A stretch of DNA of 64,000 nt, from the NCBI GenBank assembly GCA_040437565.1, contig JBDOQK010000011.1, positions 62,001 to 126,000 of the forward strand, in the 5' to 3' direction. The DNA comes from Albugo candida. Taxonomy: Eukaryota. The position numbers were made by a program, and so were the translations under genes. A model generated the notes under the pieces. The model did not search any database. It saw nothing but the letters and a program-made list of their open reading frames with translations, and had not been told where the DNA came from. Positions 50,159-61,787 of the stretch are shown piece after piece; position 1 is the first letter of the stretch; every line of letters starts with the position of its first letter.

Positions 50159-52038
50159 GCAATTTGTTTTTGTTGACGAAATACAAACAGATGAGGACAT
50201 TTCGCAATGTAGGAGTTGGTTTCCCTCAAAATCTTATGCGGTTGATTCTCTGTGACTTTTTGCGAAATGGAGCTTGACGTGATCTTCACAGTGGTTCGCC
50301 CTGTCCTTCATTAAACGCGTAAAGAATATATCAAAGCGTATACATAGCAAATCTATATCGACAAATATTGTGTGGTGGGTGTCATCCCTACTACATATGA
50401 TCCCGACGGGATCTTAGGTGATTTCGGACTTGATGATGGATAACTTACACCACTTTAGGCGTATGATTATAGCGTACCATTCATGACAATCATCATCAAA
50501 CGAATCATAAGGTTTAGGGGATCAGAGATGTGGAATAAAGCGTTCATGTCAATCTGTAAGCCTGCGAGATCCCAACAACTAGTAGCGTAGTGATAATTAA
50601 GACACATGTGATGATGGTATGCACGTCTATCGGTGTGGACTGTGAGCAATACTACACTGGATGAGCAATCAGAATAGTTGTCTTTAAAAACGAGGGCTCT
50701 CAATCGCTTCAACATAGACCGTCCCTTGCGTATTGATAAAAGACCTTCTTTTAATAATAGTGACAAAGCTTGTTAATACGTAGTACGTTTTTTCCCAATA
50801 AAAATAAGTATAGGACACGTGGGACTACTCTCCACTTCGATATTTTTTTGTCTATGCGGCGTCCTTGCAGCGGATTTCTATGACACAGATGATAAAACAT
50901 CACGTGTTGAAAAAAAAGTACTAGCGAAATGAGATTGCCAATCATCTTGTTGGACGAAAGTTGACAAGTACTTGAANNNNNNNNNNNNNNNNNNNNNNNN
51001 NNNNNNNNNNNNNNNNNNNNNNNNNNNNNNNNNNNNNNNNNNNNNNNNNNNNNNNNNNNNNNNNNNNNNNNNNNNNAATGTAGGAGTTGGTTTCCCTCAA
51101 AATCTTATGCGGTTGATTCTCTGTGACTTTTTGCGAAATGGAGCTTGACGTGATCTTCACAGTGGTTCGCCCTGTCCTTCATTAAACGCGTAAAGAATAT
51201 ATCAAAGCGTATACATAGCAAATCTATATCGACAAATATTGTGTGGTGGGTGTCATCCCTACTACATATGATCCCGACGGGATCTTAGGTGATTTCGGAC
51301 TTGATGATGGATAACTTACACCACTTTAGGCGTATGATTATAGCGTACCATTCATGACAATCATCATCAAACGAATCATAAGGTTTAGGGGATCAGAGAT
51401 GTGGAATAAAGCGTTCATGTCAATCTGTAAGCCTGCGAGATCCCAACAACTAGTAGCGTAGTGATAATTAAGACACATGTGATGATGGTATGCACGTCTA
51501 TCGGTGTGGACTGTGAGCAATACTACACTGGATGAGCAATCAGAATAGTTGTCTTTAAAAACGAGGGCTCTCAATCGCTTCAACATAGACCGTCCCTTGC
51601 GTATTGATAAAAGACCTTCTTTTAATAATAGTGACAAAGCTTGTTAATACGTAGTACGTTTTTTCCCAATAAAAATAAGTATAGGACACGTGGGACTACT
51701 CTCCACTTCGATATTTTTTTGTCTATGCGGCGTCCTTGCAGCGGATTTCTATGACACAGATGATAAAACATCACGTGTTGAAAAAAAAGTACTAGCGAAA
51801 TGAGATTGCCAATCATCTTGTTGGACGAAAGTTGACAAGTACTTGAAGCAGGCCTGAATATCTCCCCATAATTGCAACAAAATAAGAATAGCATTAAGCG
51901 GTCCGGAATAAAATGGTGGGATTTCCAGCTGCTTCTATAATTTTCATGCAACTTTTTATGCTAAAGATGTCTTCTCTCCTACGTCTTCCCGTGGTATGAT
52001 GACAAATGTAATGTGACGCTTATTTCAAATTTGGCCTT

Positions 52039-53246
52039 ATGGCTAACAAACATCTTCTTTTCACTTTGCTCCCACTAGCTTTGTGTGACCTGTCCACGAA
52101 ACTCTTTCGTGAAGAAATTGTCAATACTGGAGCAGAACCTTTTTTCGACTCTTTCTTCAAGACCCTTCGGGCTTCCGACGGAAATATAAAATGTGCATTT
52201 TTTGATCTGGAGAATACAATAATAAATGGCTCGATTGCTAAGGCCATTTTTGCCTACCAATTACGAGAAATAGAATTCGCCTTCAAGAAAGAGGATGTCC
52301 GTCCAATATTTGGATTCGAGGATGCGTTTACGTCTTCCATTGATACACCTTACCATTCCTGTGTCCCAGATTCGTTCATATTTTCCAATACTGTGGTGAA
52401 TCTCGATTCTATCGTAAATGACATCGAGTATTTATATGATGATCGCAGAAAGCCGACTCACAAAAAAAAATTCAGGCGCTCATTGCCGTCTGGTATCGCC
52501 TGGTCAATGCACGCTTTCCAGCGATCGAAAGATGTGAATTTCTGGGCACAAGTGTGTGCTATCGATTGCTACATGGAATGGATAAGATTGAGCGACAGAC
52601 GCTAATGAAAAAAGCACTTGCTGCCAGTGTAGGCGGTGCTATAGATGTGTATGAGCATATCCATGTTAATGGTCCTCAGCAAACAACATTAAAAGTTCAC
52701 CTAAAGGTAGAATTAAGCCCATACCCAGAAGCTCTATATCTGATGAGAGCACTGAAGAATATCAACGTACATCCCTTCTTGATAAGCAGATTGCATTCAG
52801 ATTATGTTCATTCAGCGACAGAAGCGTTCGAACTTGGCATTCCTTTATCTGATTGTGATGGTTCATACTATAGTATCAAGGATGAACTGCCCCAAGAAAA
52901 GAGATTTTTTTTCAATGAAGGTCAAGGTAAAGTAGCTACTATCAAAAAGCTGATGAAAACACGTCGCTGTGTTCCAGTCCTTGGACTTGGTGGTTCAAGC
53001 GGTAGTGTAGAAATGCTGCAATACATCTTGAAATACGAGGGATACGCGATGATGATGTACATAAATCACGTCGATCCAAGGCTTCTGAAGTTGAAAGAAA
53101 CCAATTCACGACGCCTTCACTTACAAAAACTCACACGAAGCAGGTGGGAAAGAAATGAACACAATGCCAAACGGGTAGTTTACAGAAAAGACGAAAAGTT
53201 CAAGAATGGCGATCAAATGCGTCAAGGCGAAGATCTCTTAACCTGA
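52039..53246 (+). pseudogene. Secreted HAD-superfamily hydrolase-like gene, frameshifted at an A9 run (pseudogene or sequencing error)
   Basis: Signal-peptide-like MANKHLLFTLLPLALC, motif I-like AFFDLENTII, GQGKV and PVLGLGGSSGSVEML. The two overlapping ORFs join if one A is added at 52462-52470. Confidence 0.65.
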
Positions 53247-53972
53247 TTCTAAATTGCGTTTAGGACAATCTTTATCCTAATTCTAAAAAAAGTCGGCAAA
53301 ACTTTCTGCTATGTGTGCTGTCTCATCGTATTCCTAAGTAAGTCTACGCGTAGGACCTTATATTCCTCACTGAGTGACCGCGTGCTTTCGCACAATGGAC
53401 ATCGAGGACATGAATATATATATATCGGTAGTGGGAAAAGAGGGATGATTACATTTCATGCTGTCCGTTCATGACGCAAGGAACGAGAAAGAAAGCAAGC
53501 CGATTGTAGATCCGTCGACGTCAGAGTGTTCTTGTACTTACCTCCCACGTGTGTCACTTATCATCTTATTACAAGAATAGACGCATTGTAGACACGTTTA
53601 CATGTCCACTTATCCACTAGCAGTCCCAGTCGCAATAATACACTTCATACTAGGTTGACCTCCATTACTGCACTTACTCGAGCTGTCTAATCTAAGCAGT
53701 CTAAATCGCAACCTTGTTAAATTCGCTTCTCCTTCTCCTTCAAACACAGTCTCTTGATTGGCTGCTGTACCATAAAAACTACGATGTACACTCTGATTGG
53801 CTTTTTGAGTCAACCGTTTNNNNNNNNNNNNNNNNNNNNNNNNNNNNNNNNNNNNNNNNNNNNNNNNNNNNNNNNNNNNNNNNNNNNNNNNNNNNNNNNN
53901 NNNNNNNNNNNNNNNNNNNCTGATTGGCTTTTTGAGTCAACCGTTTCGGTTCATTGGCTATCGCAAGACTTT

Positions 53973-55940
53973 ATGGGGAAAAAAAACAATCGATCTAAAC
54001 ATGCGCCACAGGGTCAAGTAGCACCAAAAGTAGAAGGCTCTAATACAGACGTGAACATTGATACCCACAATTCCATGAAGGAGAATACACCTAAAGATTG
54101 CATGACGCATGAAATTTTCCAGCAACACTCTGATTGTATTGCAGACTATCTGACCTCTGGAAACTCGGACGCATTACTTACATATCTAGAAGATTATGAT
54201 CGGGAGAACGATACAGTTCCGCTTTCGGTTTTATGCTTTTTAATCGTACGATTGACAGAAGTAGATTCACACAGCATGAGTTCGTTAGGGGACACTGCAC
54301 CAATCTTAGAGAAAATGACGTATCCATCAACGAAAGAAATGGAGGAAAGGATTTTGGAATCAGAGCATATCAGTAAAGAGCTTCTGAAAGCATATTACGC
54401 GATGCATTTTCTAACAGAAACAGACCCCAACGAAGTCTATCTTTTATATCTTCGAAAGCATTTCACCAAAATTCTGGCCGCTATTTTTTGTGTGTTTCAG
54501 TCAAACTCGAGGGGACATATACGCCAAGTTTGTCGTATTATTGATTACATGATGCGTTTTGATATAAATATGTTTTATCGCATCATTGGCAGTACTGTGT
54601 CTGACGTTGAACGATATCTGGGCGGAATGCTAAACTATATACAACATCCACCCATTGGCGATATTTTCCTTATGATTGTATGTAGACCGTATCAAGCATC
54701 AAATACACTTGCGTATTCGAAACAGACAACAGATAAATGGTATTTCTTTCAGCAATTAGCCAAATGGAAGGTACTCCAAGTCGTTGGTGAGCGAGTGTAT
54801 GGTAGTCAGTATTGTGAGGCACACAATCTTGCTGCTGCAGATGCGTTTATAGAGCTTATTAATCGTCTTGCTTCTGACGAACATGGACGAATTCTTCTAC
54901 AGCCTTTAGCCAATTGTTCGGAACCCTTAAGTGGTCTTATAGGCGTTGCTGTCGATACCTCAGGAGCATACTCTACAGCTCAACGAACGGCTGCCACCCG
55001 ATGTGTTTTGCATATTGCTCAAAAGTCCGTAACGGATAGAGTACCAGGCCCTCCGATCGGTCCATATCAGTCATTTGGAACAACAGTCGTCAATCTCGTT
55101 CCAAATGAACTCGCTTCTCTTAGAGATAACATATTCTCTCGTCTTGAAAAACATCTCGACGTATTGCTGACTTATTTACTGGGTACATATCAAGAAAGTC
55201 AACAGAGTGGGGCAAGTAGTGATGTCGGATCGTCAGCTGTACGTCACACATCCTATATTGTACGAATTCCATTCACCGAAATTCGATTATTGATGGTGAA
55301 GACACTGGTACAAATTGTTGCTCCAAATCCAAGCATACTGGCGGAACGATTTGATGTCAAGATCTGGCGCATGCTGATGACGTGGTTTTTCGATTACAGA
55401 CACAACAATCTCTACCATGCAGCTTTTTCTCAATTGGTTTTCATTGCGTTGCGTTCCGACGATCAGAAAACACTTGAAATCCTCATGAAGAAAGTCAAAT
55501 TTGTCGCTTATTTACTCGATCATTATCAGAGTGAAAGCAGTCAGACAACTAGCAATAGAGGTTTTATCCTGCAGTGTTGTAATGTCATTCGTTTGCAAGC
55601 TGCATCTCAAGCTCCCGATGCCTTTCTGCGGAGTTTTCTACAATCTCACACACAATGGCGACAATTTCAACCTGAGTTACGCGCCAGAACCAATTTGGCT
55701 TGCACCGTTGGACTCGGATTCAATGTTCCTCAGGCACTAGCACCTCAGGACTCGTCTTTCTGTCTGCGCATGGTGGATGAGGTTCAGGGAATTGATCATG
55801 GTTCAGACTTTGCCAAATCGTTGGGATTCATTGATGACGTCGCGTGGCCTGATACAGAATTAAACGGAGCTTCCAAAAAGAAGAAGAAAAAGGGAAAGAA
55901 GAAAAACAAAAAGAAAAAAGATCAGCCTGATTCCATTTGA
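53973..55940 (+). CDS. SAPS-domain (SIT4/PP6 regulatory subunit-like) protein
   Basis: Long helical ORF with WFFDYRHNNLYH (FFxYxWNNFLH-like), NRGFILQCCNVIR and WRQF; Lys-rich tail. Confidence 0.65.
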   Translation: MGKKNNRSKHAPQGQVAPKVEGSNTDVNIDTHNSMKENTPKDCMTHEIFQQHSDCIADYLTSGNSDALLTYLEDYDRENDTVPLSVLCFLIVRLTEVDSHSMSSLGDTAPILEKMTYPSTKEMEERILESEHISKELLKAYYAMHFLTETDPNEVYLLYLRKHFTKILAAIFCVFQSNSRGHIRQVCRIIDYMMRFDINMFYRIIGSTVSDVERYLGGMLNYIQHPPIGDIFLMIVCRPYQASNTLAYSKQTTDKWYFFQQLAKWKVLQVVGERVYGSQYCEAHNLAAADAFIELINRLASDEHGRILLQPLANCSEPLSGLIGVAVDTSGAYSTAQRTAATRCVLHIAQKSVTDRVPGPPIGPYQSFGTTVVNLVPNELASLRDNIFSRLEKHLDVLLTYLLGTYQESQQSGASSDVGSSAVRHTSYIVRIPFTEIRLLMVKTLVQIVAPNPSILAERFDVKIWRMLMTWFFDYRHNNLYHAAFSQLVFIALRSDDQKTLEILMKKVKFVAYLLDHYQSESSQTTSNRGFILQCCNVIRLQAASQAPDAFLRSFLQSHTQWRQFQPELRARTNLACTVGLGFNVPQALAPQDSSFCLRMVDEVQGIDHGSDFAKSLGFIDDVAWPDTELNGASKKKKKKGKKKNKKKKDQPDSI

Positions 55941-56077
55941 CCTCGTCAAGATAGAGCAAAATAGAATGTGTATAGTTTTAATTGCTAAGAGGTCATTGTT
56001 GTTGCAATGAGTTTTTCTTCCTACATATGTTTATGTGTCGACTATCTGTATACTGAATTTCTAAGGAATCGTTTCGG

Positions 56078-57378
56078 CTACGAACGGGTACCATTTTCCT
56101 GGTTCGAAGGTGTCCGCTGACGTTCATAATCGGCATCATCTGTCGGCAGTTCATAGCGGCAGATGGGACACGAATTGTGCTGTAAGTACAAGAATCAAAT
56201 TTGATACAAGTAATATGTGATAACTGCGACCACGTACTTGCTTGAGCCATGGGAGGATACAATCAGGATGAAAAGTGTGTGTGCAAGGCATCCGTCGAGC
56301 TTCCTCTGCAAGATTAAATTCATCTTTGCAGACGGCACACTCAGGATTGATGTTAATATCCTCCTAAACAGCACAGATGAGTAAACAACAAATAAAGTGA
56401 ACGCGCCGACATAAAACCTGTGTTATCGCTAACATTGGAAGCTTTTCTATCGCTTCTTTGGCTGCTGGTGGGGTTCCATGCTGCATTGGGATTGTGACTA
56501 CCCATGATGAATCAATAGTGAGACTACGTACTCTATTGGAGTCGTTTTGCATAAGCTGATTGATTACAGTTGATAAATTGCCGACAACATAATCCCCAGG
56601 GTTCCCGTGTATACCTCGTAATGGTAGATTAAGTAACTGGCTCAGCGGATTCCACAATGCGGTGACATCTTCCATATTTCCATCGCTGACAAATACCTCT
56701 ATGGGATTTCCATTTGCATTGAGAATCCTACCGGATCGATTACCTCCACTCAGTAAACGTTGAGCGAGCATTCTAATCATTCTATCAGTACAGTACACGT
56801 AAACCATATGTATATCATACTCTGCGGTGATCACATTTCGTCCTCTATCATTTTCCGATTCCATTTGCGATGGTGCGTTTTGTGATTCACTGCACAGAAG
56901 ACTGAGTACAGCTTCGCCTCCATGTGATTCCATTCCTACCCTGTTGTTTGTGAAGAAGCAGTCTGACGATCAACAGAATTTGTATTGGGAAAGGACAGAT
57001 CTGATATACTCATATTTTCCTGCAAGTGATGGTTTAGTGATTCAAAGAAATAAGAATTGGAAGGGAAGTACCAAATTGGAGTCTGCTGGTTGATTGCTAC
57101 CATCTCTTCTATCGATAAGTCCTTGTGGTAGATCCTCCTATAAATTAGGATGAATCAGGTTATAGTATGATCCACCGAGAAAACGGGATAATAACCGCAT
57201 CAATTTCTTCCACAAAATTACTTCCACAACTCCGACAGCAAACCTCTGAAGTTTCATTCGATAGGATTGTGGCTACACAGTCATAACATTCATGACACCA
57301 GAACGAAATGGGCAAGTTGGCAAGCGATACAGAAGCTATTTGATCGGTTGGGTTTGGCTGTAGAAGAATTTCGTGCAT
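56078..57378 (-). CDS. RNF126/RNF115-like RING-H2 E3 ligase (multi-exon)
   Basis: N-terminal zinc ribbon FWCHEC...CRSCGSNFVEEI, NPGDYV, GTPPAAKEAIEKLP and RING ECAVCKDEF...PCTHTFHPDCILPWL / HNSCPICRYELPTDD. Confidence 0.92.
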
Positions 57379-58300
57379 CGTGTTCTCAGTGCGCTTACTT
57401 GATTAGTTGTTCTATTGTAGCACAGAAATGGTGCGTTCTGATTGGTTTTAGGGTATGCTAAAGCGGTTACATTGCTAGCTTATGTTACTGGATTGGCTGA
57501 TATTTGTACAGAGACAAAAAAACAGTGCTTTTAGCTTTTGCACAACCAGGGGCTCTATCAAATCTAGCNNNNNNNNNNNNNNNNNNNNNNNNNNNNNNNN
57601 NNNNNNNNNNNNNNNNNNNNNNNNNNNNNNNNNNNNNNNNNNNNNNNNNNNNNNNNNNNNNNNNNNNNGGATTGGCTGATATTTGTACAGAGACAAAAAA
57701 ACAGTGCTTTTAGCTTTTGCACAACCTGGGGCTCTCTATCAAATCTAGCTAATGTAAATACGGTGGTAACACCAAATGCGGGAGAGAGTTTGATTATGAG
57801 TCAGTTGAGTGCATAATCGTATCTCCTAAATAAATGATAACGCCAGCGCTATAAATCAAGATTGAAGCCAAGTTGACTCGAGAAATATTCGTAACTAGTG
57901 ATGGTGGCTTCTTTTTTTTACACAACAGACATAAACTTCACGTCCTTGTACTGTTACATTTCAATAAATTGCCACGTTCATCGTACAAAATAGCAAAACA
58001 CGTCACATTCCTTCCGCACTTTATGCTCCATGGAACTCAAAACGATCCTATCATTCGACGCTTGGGGATTGGGTAGACAGAAGCGACTAAATGAATACTG
58101 CATGAGACACTTCCGATAAACCTTGGCATTACCGTAGTATTTCTATGAAAATCTTCATACTGGAGCACTTATGGAACATCATAAAAAGTATTCTATTTCA
58201 CACCAACCAATCATGCTACCTGTCGAAACGCCAATTCTTTGTTGATCATCTGCCATCATTTATAATTCAGCTGTGAGACAATCCAACATATCAAAACATC

Positions 58301-59095
58301 ATGGAAGCTCACATACGAAGCAATGGGAGAATCAATGGTGCTCACCATCCAGTTCATCCGCAATTTGTGCGTCGCGTAGGTGGAGGATATGTCAACACGC
58401 AATTGTGCCCCAACAAAAGCAAAGCGAAAACACTTTGTCGAAGTGGTAGCGTGTGTTTACAGAACGACCGATTCTGTCGACGTGAATTGATGCTTATGAA
58501 GACGGAACACAAAAAGCTACACAAAGAGAAGGAACTTCTCATGCAGCGAGTTGCAGAATTAGAACAGCAGCGTGAAGAATGGAAGTTCAAGTTCGCAAGC
58601 TTGGAAGCACAACACTCTCAACTACAGTCTCGAATCTCTGGGCTGGAGATGCAACGAGGTTGTAATTCCGATAATAAAGAAAAAGCGACACCATTCGTGA
58701 GAGAAAATCAAGCCACAAAGCAGCGGGAGATCAGTAACCACAGCAACAGCGTTAATACACAAACCAAGGCAATGGAAGAATATCCGATGTGTCAGAAGCA
58801 AGGAGAAGTACTGCAACAACGAAATACAGACTCGACCAAAGATCGATTGACTCTTTCCAATGACATAATTGCCCATGATGAACATTCGCTCGTTCGAAGA
58901 CAAATCGCGATAATATTTTTTTACTGCGGGGCTTCCACAAAAATCAAATCGATTTTCATCAACAGACCAAAAACGCGTGAAAATGCTCGAATTGCATATT
59001 TGGAAGCGTTAGTCGTTGCTTTGAAGAATGAAAACAGTGATCTGGTAAAGAAAGTAGTACTGGAAAAAAAGATGTCATCAGATATAGGAGACTGA
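58301..59095 (+). CDS. Hypothetical coiled-coil protein
   Basis: 264-aa ORF with heptad-rich segments; may contain an intron; no family recognised. Confidence 0.55.
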   Translation: MEAHIRSNGRINGAHHPVHPQFVRRVGGGYVNTQLCPNKSKAKTLCRSGSVCLQNDRFCRRELMLMKTEHKKLHKEKELLMQRVAELEQQREEWKFKFASLEAQHSQLQSRISGLEMQRGCNSDNKEKATPFVRENQATKQREISNHSNSVNTQTKAMEEYPMCQKQGEVLQQRNTDSTKDRLTLSNDIIAHDEHSLVRRQIAIIFFYCGASTKIKSIFINRPKTRENARIAYLEALVVALKNENSDLVKKVVLEKKMSSDIGD

Positions 59096-59133
59096 TACTA
59101 CTAGAGGCTTAAAAACAAATTATATTCTATTAT

Positions 59134-60360
59134 TCAGATGCGCCATTCAATCACAGAGAGAGCAAGCTTTGCTGGTTGTGATAGCAAAGGATCTTGTAGG
59201 CGTATCAACGACGTCAACAACTCTTTTGTGGAAAACGTGTTTAACTGCTTTCGAGCTTCAGGGTGAGCAGCGACAATTGCGATGAGCTTGAGAGTATTTA
59301 GTTTGATCGAGTCCTCGGAACATTCCAGTAGTTGCGGGACTACTAGCAGCGAGTTATTCGCAATTATGATTCCCTTTGCTTCATCGTTGATAGCTAAGTT
59401 CATCAAAGCCCCAACACACGCTCCCTGGACCTTCCGATTCCTATCGGTGAGCAATAGTGATAGCTCTTTCACAATTCCAAATTCCACGGCCACGCCTTTA
59501 GCCCGTTCAATATAGCCGATTGCAGCAATCACGTTACAAGCAGCGACCTGGACGTGATAATTCGCATGACGTATGTACTTGCTGCATAATTGCATTGCTT
59601 CGAGGTCCAACATCAAAGCGCTCGTTGATTCCAGACCATCGTTCACCACGTTTCGTAACAAATATAGAGCTCGAATGCGAATCTCAGATTTGTTAGATAT
59701 GGATTTAGGAGTCCGATGAATGTGATCGACAAGTATTGACACAAACCCGTGCGTCGAAATAAGCTGCGCCCCCACGCACGTTTGGCTCAAGCTGATAAGA
59801 GCGTCATACAGCAATACACACGTCGCTCGCGACATGTCATCTGACGAGAGTCCAAGCGCAGCAAATACAGGACGAATTCGATCCAACATAGTTGCGCTAG
59901 TACCCTCTGAAACTTCTGCTTTGTTTCGATGGGCCTTCAATAGTTCAAGCCGTCCATTGCTACACTGTACAATCACACTAAAAAGTTGTGCGGATAGATA
60001 CTGAAATTCTTTATCTTCTGAATACAATATTCCTTTCTCGATCAAAGCGAGCAAGCCCAGACGAAGACACATCGACGCATCTTGCGGGTTCTTCAATATC
60101 CGACTCATACATCGCAATGTTTTTTTACGCAAAATCATATCACCTTGTTCCAAATAGAGCAATAATTGGGGCCATTTACGATGACCAAATGCTTCATTGA
60201 CACTATTCGTATGTGTATAGTAAACAAAAGGTTTGGTCTCATGAATGATTAGATGCTGACCGGTAGTTATATTGTGCAAAGACGATCCTGACGACCTTAA
60301 GTGAAGGACGTTTGTTGAGATTGGAACATCTATTCCAATAGGTGCGTTCTTTATCGACAT
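59134..60360 (-). CDS. Armadillo-repeat protein, radial spoke head 14 (RSPH14/RTDR1)-like
   Basis: AFGHRKWPQLL near the N-terminus, ARM repeats (GALMNLAINDEAK) and C-terminal IVAAHPEARKQL...VIEW. Confidence 0.75.
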   Translation of the reverse strand: MSIKNAPIGIDVPISTNVLHLRSSGSSLHNITTGQHLIIHETKPFVYYTHTNSVNEAFGHRKWPQLLLYLEQGDMILRKKTLRCMSRILKNPQDASMCLRLGLLALIEKGILYSEDKEFQYLSAQLFSVIVQCSNGRLELLKAHRNKAEVSEGTSATMLDRIRPVFAALGLSSDDMSRATCVLLYDALISLSQTCVGAQLISTHGFVSILVDHIHRTPKSISNKSEIRIRALYLLRNVVNDGLESTSALMLDLEAMQLCSKYIRHANYHVQVAACNVIAAIGYIERAKGVAVEFGIVKELSLLLTDRNRKVQGACVGALMNLAINDEAKGIIIANNSLLVVPQLLECSEDSIKLNTLKLIAIVAAHPEARKQLNTFSTKELLTSLIRLQDPLLSQPAKLALSVIEWRI

Positions 60361-60890
60361 TTGGTATTAAGCGGCTATGTGGAGCAGAAAACTGGATTGA
60401 TCCGAGAAAAGCTTTGAAACCCAAATCTGGAAATAGCAACAAGCATTTGTGGCTTTATGTTTATAATCTTGTTGAATAGAGTCGCTACTTTGAAATTTTA
60501 AATAGAAATAAATCGCAGACACTAATGAAAGCTATTTTTTTCGATCGTGAAATATTACGTTAACAGAAAATAGTATTGAATTAAACTCTCGCCCATCCCA
60601 ACTTACAGCTCTCTACAATCTCGGTCAGAACAACGCACTTATTCATCCTTACTGTGAACCGTTATAAAATAGCAGCCTTTGTTGTATTACTTCTCTTTTC
60701 GAAGAGATACGTGAACGTCTTTCTGTTATATTCAGCTCGAAATAGTGCGACCATACAAATCTGAGGAATATCCGTTCGGACTGAAGGGGTAGGCTCCTAT
60801 TGAGTCAGTGTCCCATGCAAACCAGCCAATCGAAACGATCCTTACGGATGTTCAATCGGAATCGACGGAATCGCTTCAAATCTTTTGATT

Positions 60891-61751
60891 ATGATACTGC
60901 CCCGGCTACCGGGCTACATATTACTACTCGTAGTATCTCTGTATCCAAGTTGTGGTTATGATCCCTGTACCATCCAAAACAATTGGGTCAGTGAAGGCAA
61001 ATTTCAAAATATATGTCAGCAATGTGTGCAAAGAAACGTACGGAATACCATTTTTATTGCAGCAACTCTTATGATTGATATCGTATAATGACTGTAGGGA
61101 TGCGTCTTTGATCTGACACTTTTGACATGCAGAATCCATGAGCCATCAAAGAGGCATTCTAACACACCAGCAGGGATACAACATGGACTCAATGTGAGCT
61201 ATTGTAGTCTGGGTCAACCCTCGTGCAACTTGTGTAAAAGCACAGTGGTGAATCCGATATGTCGTGGCATGGATGGATGTGTTTGCCAAGAGATATGTAC
61301 TCTATTGGATTCTAATACATCGTTATGTTGTTCTCCGTCAAAGACACGACAATTCATCTGGTGCATTGTTGGAGGAGGTTGTCTTATGATTGCACTCATA
61401 TTTTGGCTCCAAATGCGTTGGAATCTGCTGAATCGTCGATTGGGTCCAACCAATGAGCCACACTCGAGATCGCATAGTACCGTTTCGGATAACAATGAAG
61501 GATTACTTGAACTGACCGGATGGAGGCAGCAGAATTTTGAGAGCTTAAGGCATGGAGGGCGAGATGAAATGAGAAATATCAAGCTGAATGCGATTGATAT
61601 TCGAGCAGAAGAAGTTTTAAATGATCATCCGGGAGATATACAATCAGCTTCATGCTACAGCGCAGTAAAACGAGACTCTGGTATCTTTATTACTTCAGGA
61701 CATGAGAAATCGAAAAATGATAGTAGAATGACGAGATGTGATAGTACCTGA
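60891..61751 (+). CDS. Cys-rich single-pass membrane protein with signal peptide (2 exons)
   Basis: Signal peptide, CQQC..GC across an intron at ~61038-61098, YC...C..C...CRGMDGCVCQEIC, a TM helix (FIWCIVGGGCLMIALIFWL) and cytosolic LELTGWR. Confidence 0.7.
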
Positions 61752-61787
61752 TTATCAAATAAGTCGTTTTAGCGTAGATCGGACAGT

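Noticed and set aside
50207..51847. ~770-bp direct repeat with duplicated ORFs
   Set aside because: Same gap-overlap pattern, as also seen at ~5419-5612, 23500-23936, 30245-30419 and 53792-53946.
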